The notes under the pieces are model-generated. The model searched no databases. It was not told the DNA's origin and saw nothing but the letters and a program-made list of their open reading frames with translations. Below, in pieces: positions 25,560-37,200 of a stretch of 64,000 nucleotides of DNA. The translations under genes were made by a program, and so were the position numbers. Numbering within the stretch: the first letter of the stretch is position 1; every line of letters begins with the position of its first letter. The DNA comes from Podarcis erhardii (lineage: Eukaryota): the NCBI GenBank assembly GCA_964252035.1, contig OZ176205.1. One strand, 5' to 3'.

Positions 25560-26887
25560 CAGTGGTGCCCCGCAAGACGAATGCCTCGCAAAACGAAAAA
25601 CCCGCTAGACGAAAGGGTTTTCCGTTTTTGCGTCGCTTCATAAGACGATTTTCCCTATGGGCTTGCTTCGCAAGACGAAGGGCTTGATCCGCGCCGCGCG
25701 CAAACCGCTTTCACCGCCAATCTATCTATGCGGCAGCGGGGAATCTAATAGTAATAGCAATCGATACATTATTAGCGTCCGGAAACACAGCCGGTGGTGA
25801 TGCTGCGCCGCTTCGAAAAGTTCCTAGGCTTCAGCCTTAGAACTGGGAGGGGACCTGGCGGCGACACCCGGCTCGGGGTGGGATTTCCCCGTCTGCGCTC
25901 TTAGCGCGCGCGGCGACTGCTAGATCCCGAGGACGGCAGACTGGGCGGGGGGGGGGGACATGAAAAGTTTTGCCTGCCCATCTCCGAGGAAGCGGGGGGG
26001 AGATGATCCCTGTCAAGGGAAGAAGGGGGCACCCATTTGCCAGCAGCCGGTGCCCCCGAACCGAGGCTGAGGGTGGTGCCATCGCCTGTCAAAGTGACCG
26101 CAAAGGCGAGCTCCGGTCACGCGGCTGAGGGAAGCCCCTCTGTGGGTCATCCAAAGTCAGCCCGAGCACACCACTCACCTAAAAGGCATGGAGAGACGGA
26201 GGGAGTGCGCGAGGATCCCGGTGCAGAGGAGGCTCCTGCAGCAAAATAAAGGCAGTCGGCAGCCGGAGGGCTCCAGGACACGGAGCTGCGGTGGGGCCGT
26301 CGATGGCGTTGCCAAAGACTCCTCCCTCTGGGCCTTGCTCTTTCCGCTTTCGCTGCTGCTTGCCCTGCCTGCGATCGGCCGGGCTCATCGCTCCGCTCTG
26401 CAGAGCGCTGCGCAAAGGCGCGGTGGGACAGATGTCCGGGGACGCTTTGGCTGAGCGCGCCCCGGGATTGGAGGTGCAGGGTGCTTGCTGCAGATCTTAT
26501 CTTCCGGGGTCGCTGGGATGGCTCGCTCCGCTCTGCAGAGCGCTGCGCAAAGGCGCGGTGGGACAGGTGTCCGGGGACGCTTTGGCTGAGCGCGCCCCGG
26601 GATCGGAGGTGCGGGGTGCTTGCTGCAGATCTTATCTTCCGGGGTCGCTGGGATGGCGGCGGTCGGGGCTTGTGTTATGTAAGCGCGTCAGGAGGGACTG
26701 CTTAAGAGGCCGGACGAGGCTTATGCAATGGCCAGATGCTCCCTAGGGGTTGAGGCTTGCAGTTGCGGGAACGAGTTTATACCTGTAGCCGCTAAGCCGC
26801 TAATAGCCGTGCTTCGCAAGACGGAAAAAAACCGCAAGACGAAGAGACTCGCGAAATGGATTAATTTCGTCTTGCGAGGCACCACTG
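25560..26887. mobile_element. Tigger/pogo-like non-autonomous DNA transposon, 1328 bp, with GC/CpG-rich interior
   Basis: TA|CAGTGGTGCCCCGCAAGACGAA ... TTCGTCTTGCGAGGCACCACTG|TA; repeated subterminal GCAAGACG motifs; no transposase ORF. Confidence 0.93.
26388..26657. repeat. 135-bp direct tandem duplication inside the Tigger-like element
   Basis: Units start at 26388 and 26523 (TCGCTCCGCTCTGCAGAGCGCTGCGC...) and differ at only a few positions. Confidence 0.95.
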
Positions 26888-28062
26888 TAACTTTCTGTTG
26901 GTAAGAACTGTTCGACAGTGGAACAGACTCCCATGAGAGGTGGTGGGCACCTGTTGAGATGCTTTCGTTGAGATTCCTGCATTGCAGGGGGTTCGACTAG
27001 ATAACCCTTGGTGTCCCTTCCAACTCTACAATTCTATGATTCTATAAGTAAATAAATAAATCTGAGCTTGGGAGAGAAATGGGCAGTACAAAGCACAGAG
27101 GCTGTGAAAGGAACTAAACTAAGAAACCTGCTCTGTCCTCTGATACTCCTGAGCTTCATTAAGCCACAGAGAACTAATACAAAAATTATCTTTTCCCTCT
27201 TAGATGATGTCAAATATTATCAAACTCAATTCTGGTGGGTGGATTAAACTTTGTAACAGTGACAAATAAATGCAGCTAGATGCATTTATGAACTCTGGCA
27301 AACAAGACCCTCCTTAAAATTCCACTAAACGCATTAATACCTGCTTATGCAATTTATCTTTTCACACTCAGCTGCACAGAAGTATGTACAATTAAGCAAG
27401 AAAATTATAGTGGCAAGTTGCAGGAGACTGAGATTGCTTTCCCATCCCCGATAGGGAATGATTTAGGTCAATATATTCTCCCTGTAAAAGGTCAGGCCTC
27501 ACTTGCCATTGCCAACTGAGAAACCTTTCTGCTCCTCAAAGCAATGTCTGTGCCTTTTTATGGAAATCTCTCCAGTCACTAAGCTGCACCAGAAAACCTT
27601 TCATTCTCTTCAAGATTACTCGACAAATAAGGAAAATGACAAAACCAACGATAAACATTTTAACAGTGTTTACATTATAAACCAGCCTTCGCTGCCCCAA
27701 CAACTGAGCCCAGCCAAGCCATGACATCACTTTCTCATTCTTTTTTTTTTTTCAGTCCTCCCCAAGATAGCCCTGCTCCCAAGTAAGGATTCAGAAAAGC
27801 AAAAGCTATGGGATCAGAGCAGCCTAATTCTTTTGGAGAAATCACAACCCAACTTTGCCATTAGATTTATGAGTTTCCCCAACCATAACTCTTACTCTTG
27901 CTGTTATCCTCAGAAGTACAACATGGGAGGAAAATGATCTAGTTGACTATATAAGTAAGAGAAGTGTATAGTTATGTGCACAAGACCATTTTTGACTGTT
28001 TTTTGATGCTAATCTGCTCTGGTTAAGTTCCATCAGAGGTAGCTGTGTGCTCATGTGAAACA

Positions 28063-28305
28063 CTAAAGGTAAAGGGACCCCTGACCGTTAGGTCCAGTCG
28101 CGGATGACTCTGGGGTTGTGGTGCTCATCTCGCTTTGTTGGCCGAGGGAGCCGGCGTACAGCTTCCGGGTCATGTGGCCAGCATGACTAAGCTGCTTCTG
28201 GCGAACCAGAGCAGCGCATGGAAACACCGTTTACCTTCCCACCAGAGCGGTTCCTATTTATCTACTTGCACTTTGATGTGCTTTCGAACTGCTAGGTTTG
28301 CAGGA
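28063..28305 (-). mobile_element. Sauria SINE, 5'-truncated
   Basis: AAAGGTAAAGGGACCCCTGACC...GTGCTCATCTC...CTTCCGGGTCATGTGGCCAGCATGAC...CTTTCGAACTGCTAGGT; 10-bp TSD ATGTGAAACA (28053-28062, 28306-28315). Confidence 0.92.
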
Positions 28306-30744
28306 ATGTGAAACAGTAGCCAATAGCAATGGTACACGACCAAGCAGTTATTACCACAGGCAGCAAAAAGCCAAGTTGTTTAGGCTTTTTACAGGAGCAA
28401 CAGGACATCCTTCCTTCCAGCACTGGTACCTAAGCATGGGTATTTCTGTCTGGGGAGGGGACAAATATAACACTGTGTGTTTCTATAGCCAACAAGAAAA
28501 TAATCACTACTACAGCTTCCCTATATAAGGCTGCACATCTGAACCAGCTGTTATCCCACGATGCATTTGGTTGAAATTGAATGAAGGCAAGAGCTGGAAT
28601 GTACTCAGTGCCCCTCAGTCACATGCCTATCTTCAATGAGGAAGGTCTTAAGTGGGGAGACTGTTCTACATATGTTGGCTCCCTGACTATGCAGGGTTCT
28701 AAATCCTCACACCTCGAAGATGCTACCTGCTTCAGGGCTCCCAACACCACCACCACCATTAGTAGAGGGTACTAGAGCTGGACACCATTTTGTGCAACAC
28801 CATTTTGCCTGCTCATATGAGTGAATGCCTAAATACCACTAGTGTATTGGCTCCAGTAGCGCTCCAGGTCTGGAAATTTTATGCAGTCAAGGAAAGGAAT
28901 ATCTCTTCATTAATCCTTAGTGTTTTCCACCATTAAGCTAAGTCTCAAATACTCCATACAACAGGTACACTTTCTGGATATGTTGGTACAATGGTGTGAG
29001 GGATGCTTCACTGGGCATTGCACAGCATACTTTTATGTTTCCAGCTTACCACCCGGAGCCTGCCACTGTCTGCAGCGAAGCCCTGCAATACATTTGCCCA
29101 GTTTTGGACAGTGATCCTACTCAGCACAAGCCTTGGGTAGCAGGCTTAACTTTGCTTACTGCCTCCCAATGTGAAGCAGAGACTCACCAGCAACACCTAA
29201 TGGGAAACGCAAAGCGCTCGGCTGGTAAGAATTTCAGAACGGGAGGGTTCAGAATCCATTTTTGCTAAGTAAATCTGGCAAGTCTTCCTCTAATCCAGGT
29301 GTCATATAGACAAACCAGCAATTCCTTAGTTACGGCTCCACATCCACTCTACCAATTTACCTGCCATCTTACCCTACATTTTCTCCCAAGGTATCTCCCA
29401 TGCAAAGGTATAGGTAGGACCAAGTACTATGGAGGCATAGTATCTAGCATGCACCAGGTGGTCTTCAAAGCAGCCCATAATAAGCATGCAAGATGTAGGT
29501 GAATCTGGCCTCAAGTGAGAGCAGCTGCTCTAAGGTCTCTAGAAACATTTGTGACAACGGGTAGCTTTCTCCTCCTGGTTTTCTTAATCTACACCCATGT
29601 GCTGCTGTTGCAAGAGTGGGGTTTCGTCAAAGAAAAAGCTTGATGCCTGGGCTAGGCAACCCAGCTACCAAATTCTAGGAGGTCAAATCCAATCTATTCC
29701 TGGTAACAGTTTGCTGTGGTTGTTCCTATAGATGTGTGCAGACTAATAATGGCCACAAATGAAATCACTCAAGTGTTTCACTGGTGTTCTAGTATGTGTG
29801 TCATTTAGTTAGTAGGTCAGGAGGAGGATAACAATTCTCTTCTTGTGCAGGCATTTGAGTCAACTGTTCTGCCAATTACTCTGCTGGCTGGCAGCTATGG
29901 AAAGAGTGCTGAAGTTCTGAACAATGACCACATTGGTTTTTCTTGAAAGAATGGGTTGCAAAGGAATCTTCTGAATAGCTGTCTGTCTAGTTTGACACTC
30001 TGGTGTACAAGATATAGTATTGGGGGACGGGAAATTGGGGAGGGCCCACTCCAGACCAGCAATATACTAAGGTGAAATTGTGTCACGCATCTATTAATTC
30101 AGTCTGGTCCTTGGTTTTTTGTTTTTTAAATGAGACAAATACCCAAGCAGATATTTACTGAAAAGAATTATGCTACTATTTATGGGTAACTTTTACTGCT
30201 ATACTAACCTAGCCATTTTTCTTTTCTTTTCAAGGAACTGCCACATTTGCTCACTAATAGAGGGTTTTGATGCAAGCTTTGCTGTAAAAAATCTATGTGA
30301 CAAAACACATCTGCAGAAATCAGAGGAGCCAACAGCAATTTACTAAATAGAAATGAGAAGAGCTCCCAAACATTAGATTGCCAAAGGCTAACTAGAGGGC
30401 AAGGCGGAGGACAGGGCCCAAACAAGTCTGAAACTAGTTCTGTGTACCCAGAGGTTTTTGCCTTGAGTGTTTCTCAGTTAGAAGTCCCCCGCCTCCAGCA
30501 CTCTAACATGTTGCACCACCTCAAAAAAACTGATCTTGAAAGCAGGGAGCATTTCAAAAGCGAATTATGATGCAGCATAGGAGCTCAAGGAAAGTTTTTT
30601 GAAAAAAAATTGAACAGGCACTATTGGTTGTACAAGCTTTTCGTTTCAGGAGGAATAGGAAAGAAACATGCTATGAAGATATGACATTCACACAATATTA
30701 CGTAAGCAGCTTCCAGCAGACGACACAAACACCATACTAAACCA

Positions 30745-30890
30745 ACCAGCAACTTGGGAGTTGAGCACTTCTTACGCACTCACAGCTCTCAGCTTCATTC
30801 TCCCCATGTGTAAAATGCCAGCACCTGGCCTCATTTCCTCATAGGGATGTTGGGAGGTTTAATTAGGTAATTGCCATAAAGCTTTTGGCA
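30745..30890 (+). mobile_element. Old MIR/CORE-like SINE fragment
   Basis: CTCTCAGCTTCATTCTCCCCATGTGTAAAATG...CCTCATAGGGATGTTGGGAGGTTTAA resembles the CORE domain. Confidence 0.5.
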
Positions 30891-31722
30891 GGAATGACAA
30901 ACATCATTACAAGAGCAGGTGCAGAATGCTAAAGCATATCCATAGTATTCAGGCAGAACTGCCAGAGGCCAGGCCAAGGCACTCCACAGCATCATCTCAC
31001 TGGTTTTAGAAGGCTTTTCTGAGTCCCACAAGGCTGGCTGCCCCTTCTCTTGTTTACTCTCAGAAGAGCCTCCAGCACCCAAATGCAAATGCTTCCCAGG
31101 TCTAGCTGGACCACATTAGCATAGGGTTTATATATGGGACAAAGCTCAATATTTAAGGCCTCATCATCCAACAATTTCCATCATGTATGTCAGAGAAAAC
31201 TTTCAGGCCCTTGCCTGTGGGACTTTTCAGGGAGGGTAGCAAAACATAGCTTTCTCTTTATCCAATGTCCCTCCTTTCCCAATAGCAGCAGAATACTCAA
31301 ATGTACACTTTTGGGAAAAGCTGTAATACAGGATCTGCACCTCATTATATCTCAGAGGGCTCAGAGTAGTTCCCATAAATCTGTATAACTACATAACACT
31401 ATCTAAACAGGAAATATTAGAGTTATGGACAAAGGGTCAAAGGGCTTGGCAATTCGGAGGGAGGGAAAAAATTGCTAAGGAAGGACACCAAAACAGCAAA
31501 GTGCTTTTTCAGTTGCAAAGCCCTAAAGAACTCGAAAGTTACAAGTGTTTTCAGAGTAGAAAACTATGGCAAACCATGGCACGAAAAAGTCCTGAGGGGT
31601 AGTCAAGGTAGTTTGTAAGAGAAGTCTTGTGGTATCTTAAAGACTAAAAAAAATACTGATCAATTTGTTTGCAACATGTTAAGAGATTCCTCTTCCATTG
31701 TAAATAAACCAAGACTCTACAG

Positions 31723-31848
31723 CAAGGGTGGGAAACCTGTAACCCTACATTTGTTGTTGGACTCCAGCCGCCATCATCACTGATCATTGTCCATGCTGGC
31801 AAGAGTAGGAGTCCAACAATATCAAGAGGGTCACAAGTTCCTCGTTTG
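31723..31848. mobile_element. hAT-type MITE, degenerate
   Basis: CAAGGGTGGGAAACCTGT...GGAGTCCAACAATATCAAGAGGGTCACAAGTTCCTC; same family as 435. No clear TSD. Confidence 0.6.
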
Positions 31849-32584
31849 TACTTTAGGGTGACAATGCATTCAATACCCTGGCCATGTTTGCACAGTCAGA
31901 TCCTGACTTAATAAACCTGGATATGCATGGACTACATGCACCTGTATACAGCCCCATTGCTGCTGCTTGCATTCTTCCACATGCACAAGCAGTGAAACAA
32001 ACCAGAAAGCCAGAGTTAGCCATAGCTTCCTGTCATGTGCAAACTGGAAACTATTTTTAATGCCTTCCAAGCATTGACATGGAACATTTGGCAAGCCAAC
32101 TTTAACCCAGGATTGAAAGCTGTCTTTCAAACCCTGGCCAGTTTGGAAGCTGCTAACCGAAGTTTCCAGGAAGCTATGGTTGACTGCAGCTTTCTGGTTT
32201 GCTTGACCCACTTCCACAGAGGGAGGTGTGATGTGGTAGCACAGGAGTTGTGTGTAGCTGCACAGTTTGTGCATATCTAGTTTTTCAAGCCAGGATTTGA
32301 TTGGGTAGCTGTGGGAAGTGTGTTACAATTCGCTGCACACACCAGAGTCCAGTATAAACACATTAAGTGCAGAAAATAAAAGTTATGAGAAATGATAGAC
32401 CAATCTGCAATGATCAATAAAAGCTTAAGGCAGAACAACTAGGCTCTCTCACTTATGGGGCAGAATACAATTCTAGACAACGTGCTGAGCATCTCAAAAA
32501 TGCCTCCCACTTTATATAGTAAAAATTTCAAGATTTCATGCTGGTATCACATGATAGGCAGTAAAACTGAGACTGCAATCCTAT

Positions 32585-32879
32585 TGTCATAGACTGGTTG
32601 GATGCACAGGAATGGTGGCTGGAATCCGCTGGGGAACCACCAATGGAAGAAGGTTCAGAGGTCAGGGTGTGGTGGTGGGACAACAATCAGTCGTCACTGG
32701 GAAAAGACTGAGAAGGAGAAGCTGAAGGGGTAACAAGGTTTAGTAAGCTGGGAGAGTCTGTGGCAGACAGAAATCCAGAATCAGAGGCAAAAGCTGAAGC
32801 GTGGAAGGAGGGAGTCAAGAGGCAGAGATGAGTCAGACTGGTGAAGAATGAAGAATCATTGGTGTCTCTTGCTGTGACA
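32585..32879. mobile_element. Possible solo LTR (TGTCA...TGACA termini)
   Basis: Purine-rich 295-bp block bounded by the inverted termini TGTCA/TGACA; no matching TSD found. Confidence 0.4.
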
Positions 32880-33553
32880 TCCCTGGTGACCATTAGTTTA
32901 GAAGCAAGAGATGCCTATAACTTTACAACAATGAAAACTCTCACTGTTAGTATTCAGTGTCTTTTCCTGTACAGCTGCCCTGGATGTACACAAATAAGCA
33001 ACCGTATTTGCACACTAAAGGTGGCAAAGCACTTCATTCATCATTATTTGCATCTTGTCTTCTACTTGAAAATTTCCCTAAGCAGCAAAATTCACTTTCT
33101 TCATTTTATAAGACTGCTGTTTTGTACTGAGAAGAGGGGAAGTTGTAATTTTGGAAAGTACCGAAATTGGTAACACCAGAAAGGAAGCTTTATGTTCAAG
33201 CTTTAAGAGAAGCTAAAAATTTAAAGAAAAATAGAAAACAAGGTTCAATTTATTCACACACTTTTCTACAGGAAACTTTTTTAAAAAACAATGCAATCAA
33301 ATAATGAAATCTATATTAAGCTGTGACCCTATCCCTTTCAGCTTATCTTAGAGACATAGATATATGCACATGGCTGCCATAATTTTTGCACGTCTGTCTC
33401 AGCCCTTCTTTCACCCAGAACAGTATATTACTCTGATTTAGGATTAACTGTATATGAGATACATAAAGCAGTACCCATTTATTCAGAATATGGACTTTGA
33501 AATATAGGATGTGGACAGACACACCCACCCATACCCATACCCACACCCTAAAG

Positions 33554-34269
33554 CAGGGGTCAGCAAACTTTTTTGGGAGGGGGCCAGTTCACTGTCCCCC
33601 AGACCTTGTGGCGGGCCGGACTGCATGCACACACACGGTGGAGGGGACTTCTCTCTCTCTCTCCCCCTGTCTCCCCTCCCCCTGCCTATGTATGGTGCTG
33701 CCCACGCAAGTGTGGGCTGGCTCCAGAGAGGTGCTGCGCTCTGCCAACCACGGCTCCTGTGCCTGCCCTTCCTTTCAGGCCGCTCATCCCTCTGCCGCCA
33801 ACAGCCTCTGCCGCTTGCAAGGGCAGGCACAGGAGCCGTGGTTGGCAGAGCACAGTGCAGAGTCTCTCCGGACCCAACCAGCCCTTTTGGCGAGGTGTTG
33901 CACTGCACTCTGCCAACTGCGGCTCCTGTGCCTGCTCTTGCGAGTGGCAGAGGCTGGCGGCGGCAGCAGCAATGGCGAAACGAGCTGCCCCAAAGGGCTG
34001 GCTGGCTCTGGAGAGGTGCTGCCCAAAGTGGTACTCAGCCAGCTCAGCCCAGCCCTCTTCCTCCTCTACAAAGGGTGGGGAGAAGCCAGGAGGAGGGAGG
34101 GAGGAGGCACTGCAGTGTGTGAGAGGGAGGGGGGAATGGCGTCCCCCAAAAATGGCACAGAAAAAAAATTAACGAACAGAATCCAAACAATCCATGGACC
34201 ATTCATGGACCAGATCCTGAGGACAATTGGGCCGGATCTGGCCCGCAGACCATAGCTTGCCACCCCCTG
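33554..34269. mobile_element. hAT non-autonomous element, 716 bp, GC-rich fold-back interior
   Basis: CAGGGGTCAGCAAAC ... GCTTGCCACCCCCTG; perfect 8-bp TSD CCCTAAAG (33546-33553, 34270-34277); subterminal GGGCCGGA motifs. Confidence 0.92.
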
Positions 34270-37200
34270 CCCTAAAGACTACTGCCATAGGCTCAAGACT
34301 ACTGCCATAGGCTTCATGGTTAAGAATACTTAGCCATAGTTTGATGGTGTGATGCTTAAAACTGACAAACTATAGTATAAAATGAACCAGCGAGCTAGAA
34401 TTAGGAACCATTATTTTGTGCTAACGATGGTATAACATGATATCTAAATTGACAAACTATGATTGTTCCTCCTCCTTAATGAATTACTGCACCTAGAGAC
34501 TAAAGTGCTGAAGTGATGGAAAAAGAAAGCAGAGAAGCACTGTTTGCACTTGCATATTTTGGAAGCTCAAGCCATGCCTGGCACAAACCATGGCTTGGCA
34601 TGTTATCTAAATGGAACCTTGCAGACTGTATCCAGATTCTCATGTCTCAGCTTAATAAGATAAGATGTGTGTAAGCCTCTCACCCTATGCCACCCCTTCC
34701 CTTATTTGTGTCCTGCAATAAGTTGGGAAGTCTTCAGTTAAGCATAGCTTCCCATTATGTCTGCCCCAGGGAACTATGGTTAACAGGTTCAGAAACAGAT
34801 AGGACATTAAACAGTTTGAAGCTGATTAAGATCCTAGCTTGTTCCGAACCTTGTAACCCTAGTTTTGTGACTGTGGTGGGAAACTATGGTTAACTGAAAA
34901 TGTCTGGAATTAACTGCAGCACAATGAGAAGGGAAGGGTGCATGCAAACAGACACAAGGTTAAGAAGCCAATATATGTTCATCCAAACCTAGCCATGGTG
35001 TTCTTGCCAGACTATCATTTGAAATATTATATCATTTTTGTAACAAACCAGGAGCCAGGGATAACCATATCAACACAGGAGTAGTCACAAATCAGGCAGT
35101 AAAATTTGCTCATTCATATTGTAGAAAATACAGGAGCCAGGTCTCTCATTTAATATAAGACTTTTATCTCTTGCTGCTTACATCATGCCTCTTATTGGTT
35201 AGTCAGCAGATACCTGGGCCAGACTCTATGCCAGTTTTAAACAACCTCATTTTAGATGGATTGCATAGCTCATAAAACTATCAGGAGTTGGAGGTGAGGA
35301 TGCAAGTTTATTTATCGCTTAGATTAAATGTGACACACTCTATTGAGGAACTACATGTTGCTTACTGACAGATGAACAGATGAATTTAATCCTGATAGGT
35401 GAATTCAGAAGACCTTCTGTAAATGCAAAGACCCGCCACGAATATTTAAGCTGGAAAAACCTGGCCAAACCGAAATGCATTGTATTATGGACCCTGTACA
35501 TCATAATTATGTAGTAGCTGAATAACTCCAAACATCCTCAGAGCACTCAGTCAATTGCCAGCCTTGGGATATAGGTCAGTGATACTTGCTTTATATTAAA
35601 TAAATATATGCAGAAAAAGATGGGTGGATATGCTGAAAGAGCTAGCACTCAAACTTCAGTAATGGACTAGCTAGCAAGAGCCACGATGGTCCAGAAAAAA
35701 TATTGTTTAACTGATCAGGGAGACCTGGGTTCAAATTCTGCCTGACCCATGGATGGCCTTCTACAATCCACTTTCAACTCTCAGTTCAACGGGCACAAAA
35801 TGGGGCAGTGGTTTTCTGCAGAGTGTTTGCAGAGAAGTCTTTAAAGTGATATAATAAATGGTGCATCCAAGAAAGGCTAAAGGAGTAAGACAGGGATGCA
35901 TTGTTAGAGCTCTAGGTGGTCCGCAGTAGATCCTGCCAGGGTTTTGAACTTCCAGCTGCTTAACAATAACTATCACAAAGTAAATTTTTGCCACTTAAAT
36001 TAGGAGGTTGAAATTTAATTTTATATTTAGAAGCATACCAGAAGTGGGCTATTTTTTTGAAAGGATAGTGAACTCAGTTCAGTTCTGGTACAAAAAATGA
36101 AATTCCTAGGCTCAGAAAGCACTCAGAATTTCCCTGATCATTATTTTTTTAACGTGTGTCTTTTGTACCTGGCTGGTAAATCTTGGGGTTCTAATAAAAC
36201 ACACACACATGATTCAACAACATCTTGGTGGGACTGGTCAGAAGGGTAGGAGGAATGGGACAAGGGCAGCGAACTGGAGGAATCCGTGGGATTGGCCCAG
36301 AGGGTTGGGCAATGCCAGTCTGGACCCAGTGGAGTGGCCTGGCACACTGTCAAAAGAAAATCCCACCTCGGCAGCACTGGACACCCCAAGGGACACCCTG
36401 AAATTCTTTCCCCTGCCATCCTCATACATGGGTACATGCATAATGTAGTATGAACTGCGTAAAGACAATTTGATTTGCCTGTGCCCATATTAACTTAGGA
36501 ATAAGCTGTGTTAGATGCAAAAGTGCATCCAAATATGCAGAGGATGCAAGCTGAGTGTTCAAACATCAGGAAATATCCATTCCACCCACCCACATTTAAA
36601 CAGGAGGATGTCAAAATATTGAAAACCTTGAGGCACAGCAACAACCTAGGCAAAGAACGGGATGTTGTACTAATGCTTTTGTGGAAGGATAGTTTGTGTT
36701 AACTTTTGATAATGGCAGAAAGCACATTGTTTAAAAACATACTGCAGGGGGTGGAGAGAATAGAAATTTTGAAACGGATAAGGCTCTATCTTGCTTCCTC
36801 AACGCATGCAATGTCATAATTTGAGAGGTTTCATAGTTCAAAGACAGAGACCATGCCCTGCATGCAGAAGTCACAGGTTCAATTCAAGAAACCTCCAGTC
36901 AGAGCAGATGTACTAATTTAGGTATTATTATTATTTTAAAAAAATAAAACAAAACACTCCATACCTTGGCATATAAGATCTCTCATCAGTATTGACAGCA
37001 CCTGCTAGAGGTCTTCCCAATCTCCCTCCAAGGGACTAAAAAAAGAAAAGAAAACTGCAATTAATTACTTTTAACCAATTTAAAAACAGAATAAGCAAGA
37101 TCAAATTCTTATTTTACAGGGTTTGCCTGCCAAGCCTTACTCAACAGACTTTAAAGACACTTCTCTCTTCTCCCCATTCAATGAAGTAATGCTTCCCAGT

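Larger units (their letters stand above)
25406..27045 (+). mobile_element. CR1 LINE 3' fragment split by a DNA transposon (CR1 parts 25406-25557 and 26890-27045)
   Basis: GGAGATATGATAGCCATCTTCAAATATCTAAAGGGCTGTCAC... resumes as ACTTTCTGTTGGTAAGAACTGTTCGACAGTGGAACAGACTCCC...CCTTCCAACTCTACAATTCTATGATTCTAT. Confidence 0.88.

Noticed and set aside
25680-26760. Native RAP1A CpG-island promoter
   Set aside because: It is enclosed by TIRs with TA duplication and nested in a CR1 fragment, so it arrived by transposition. Kept only as a candidate alternative promoter.
33483-34255. Overlapping 141-252 aa ORFs
   Set aside because: GC-rich, stop-poor interior of a hAT MITE, open in several frames at once; no transposase motifs.
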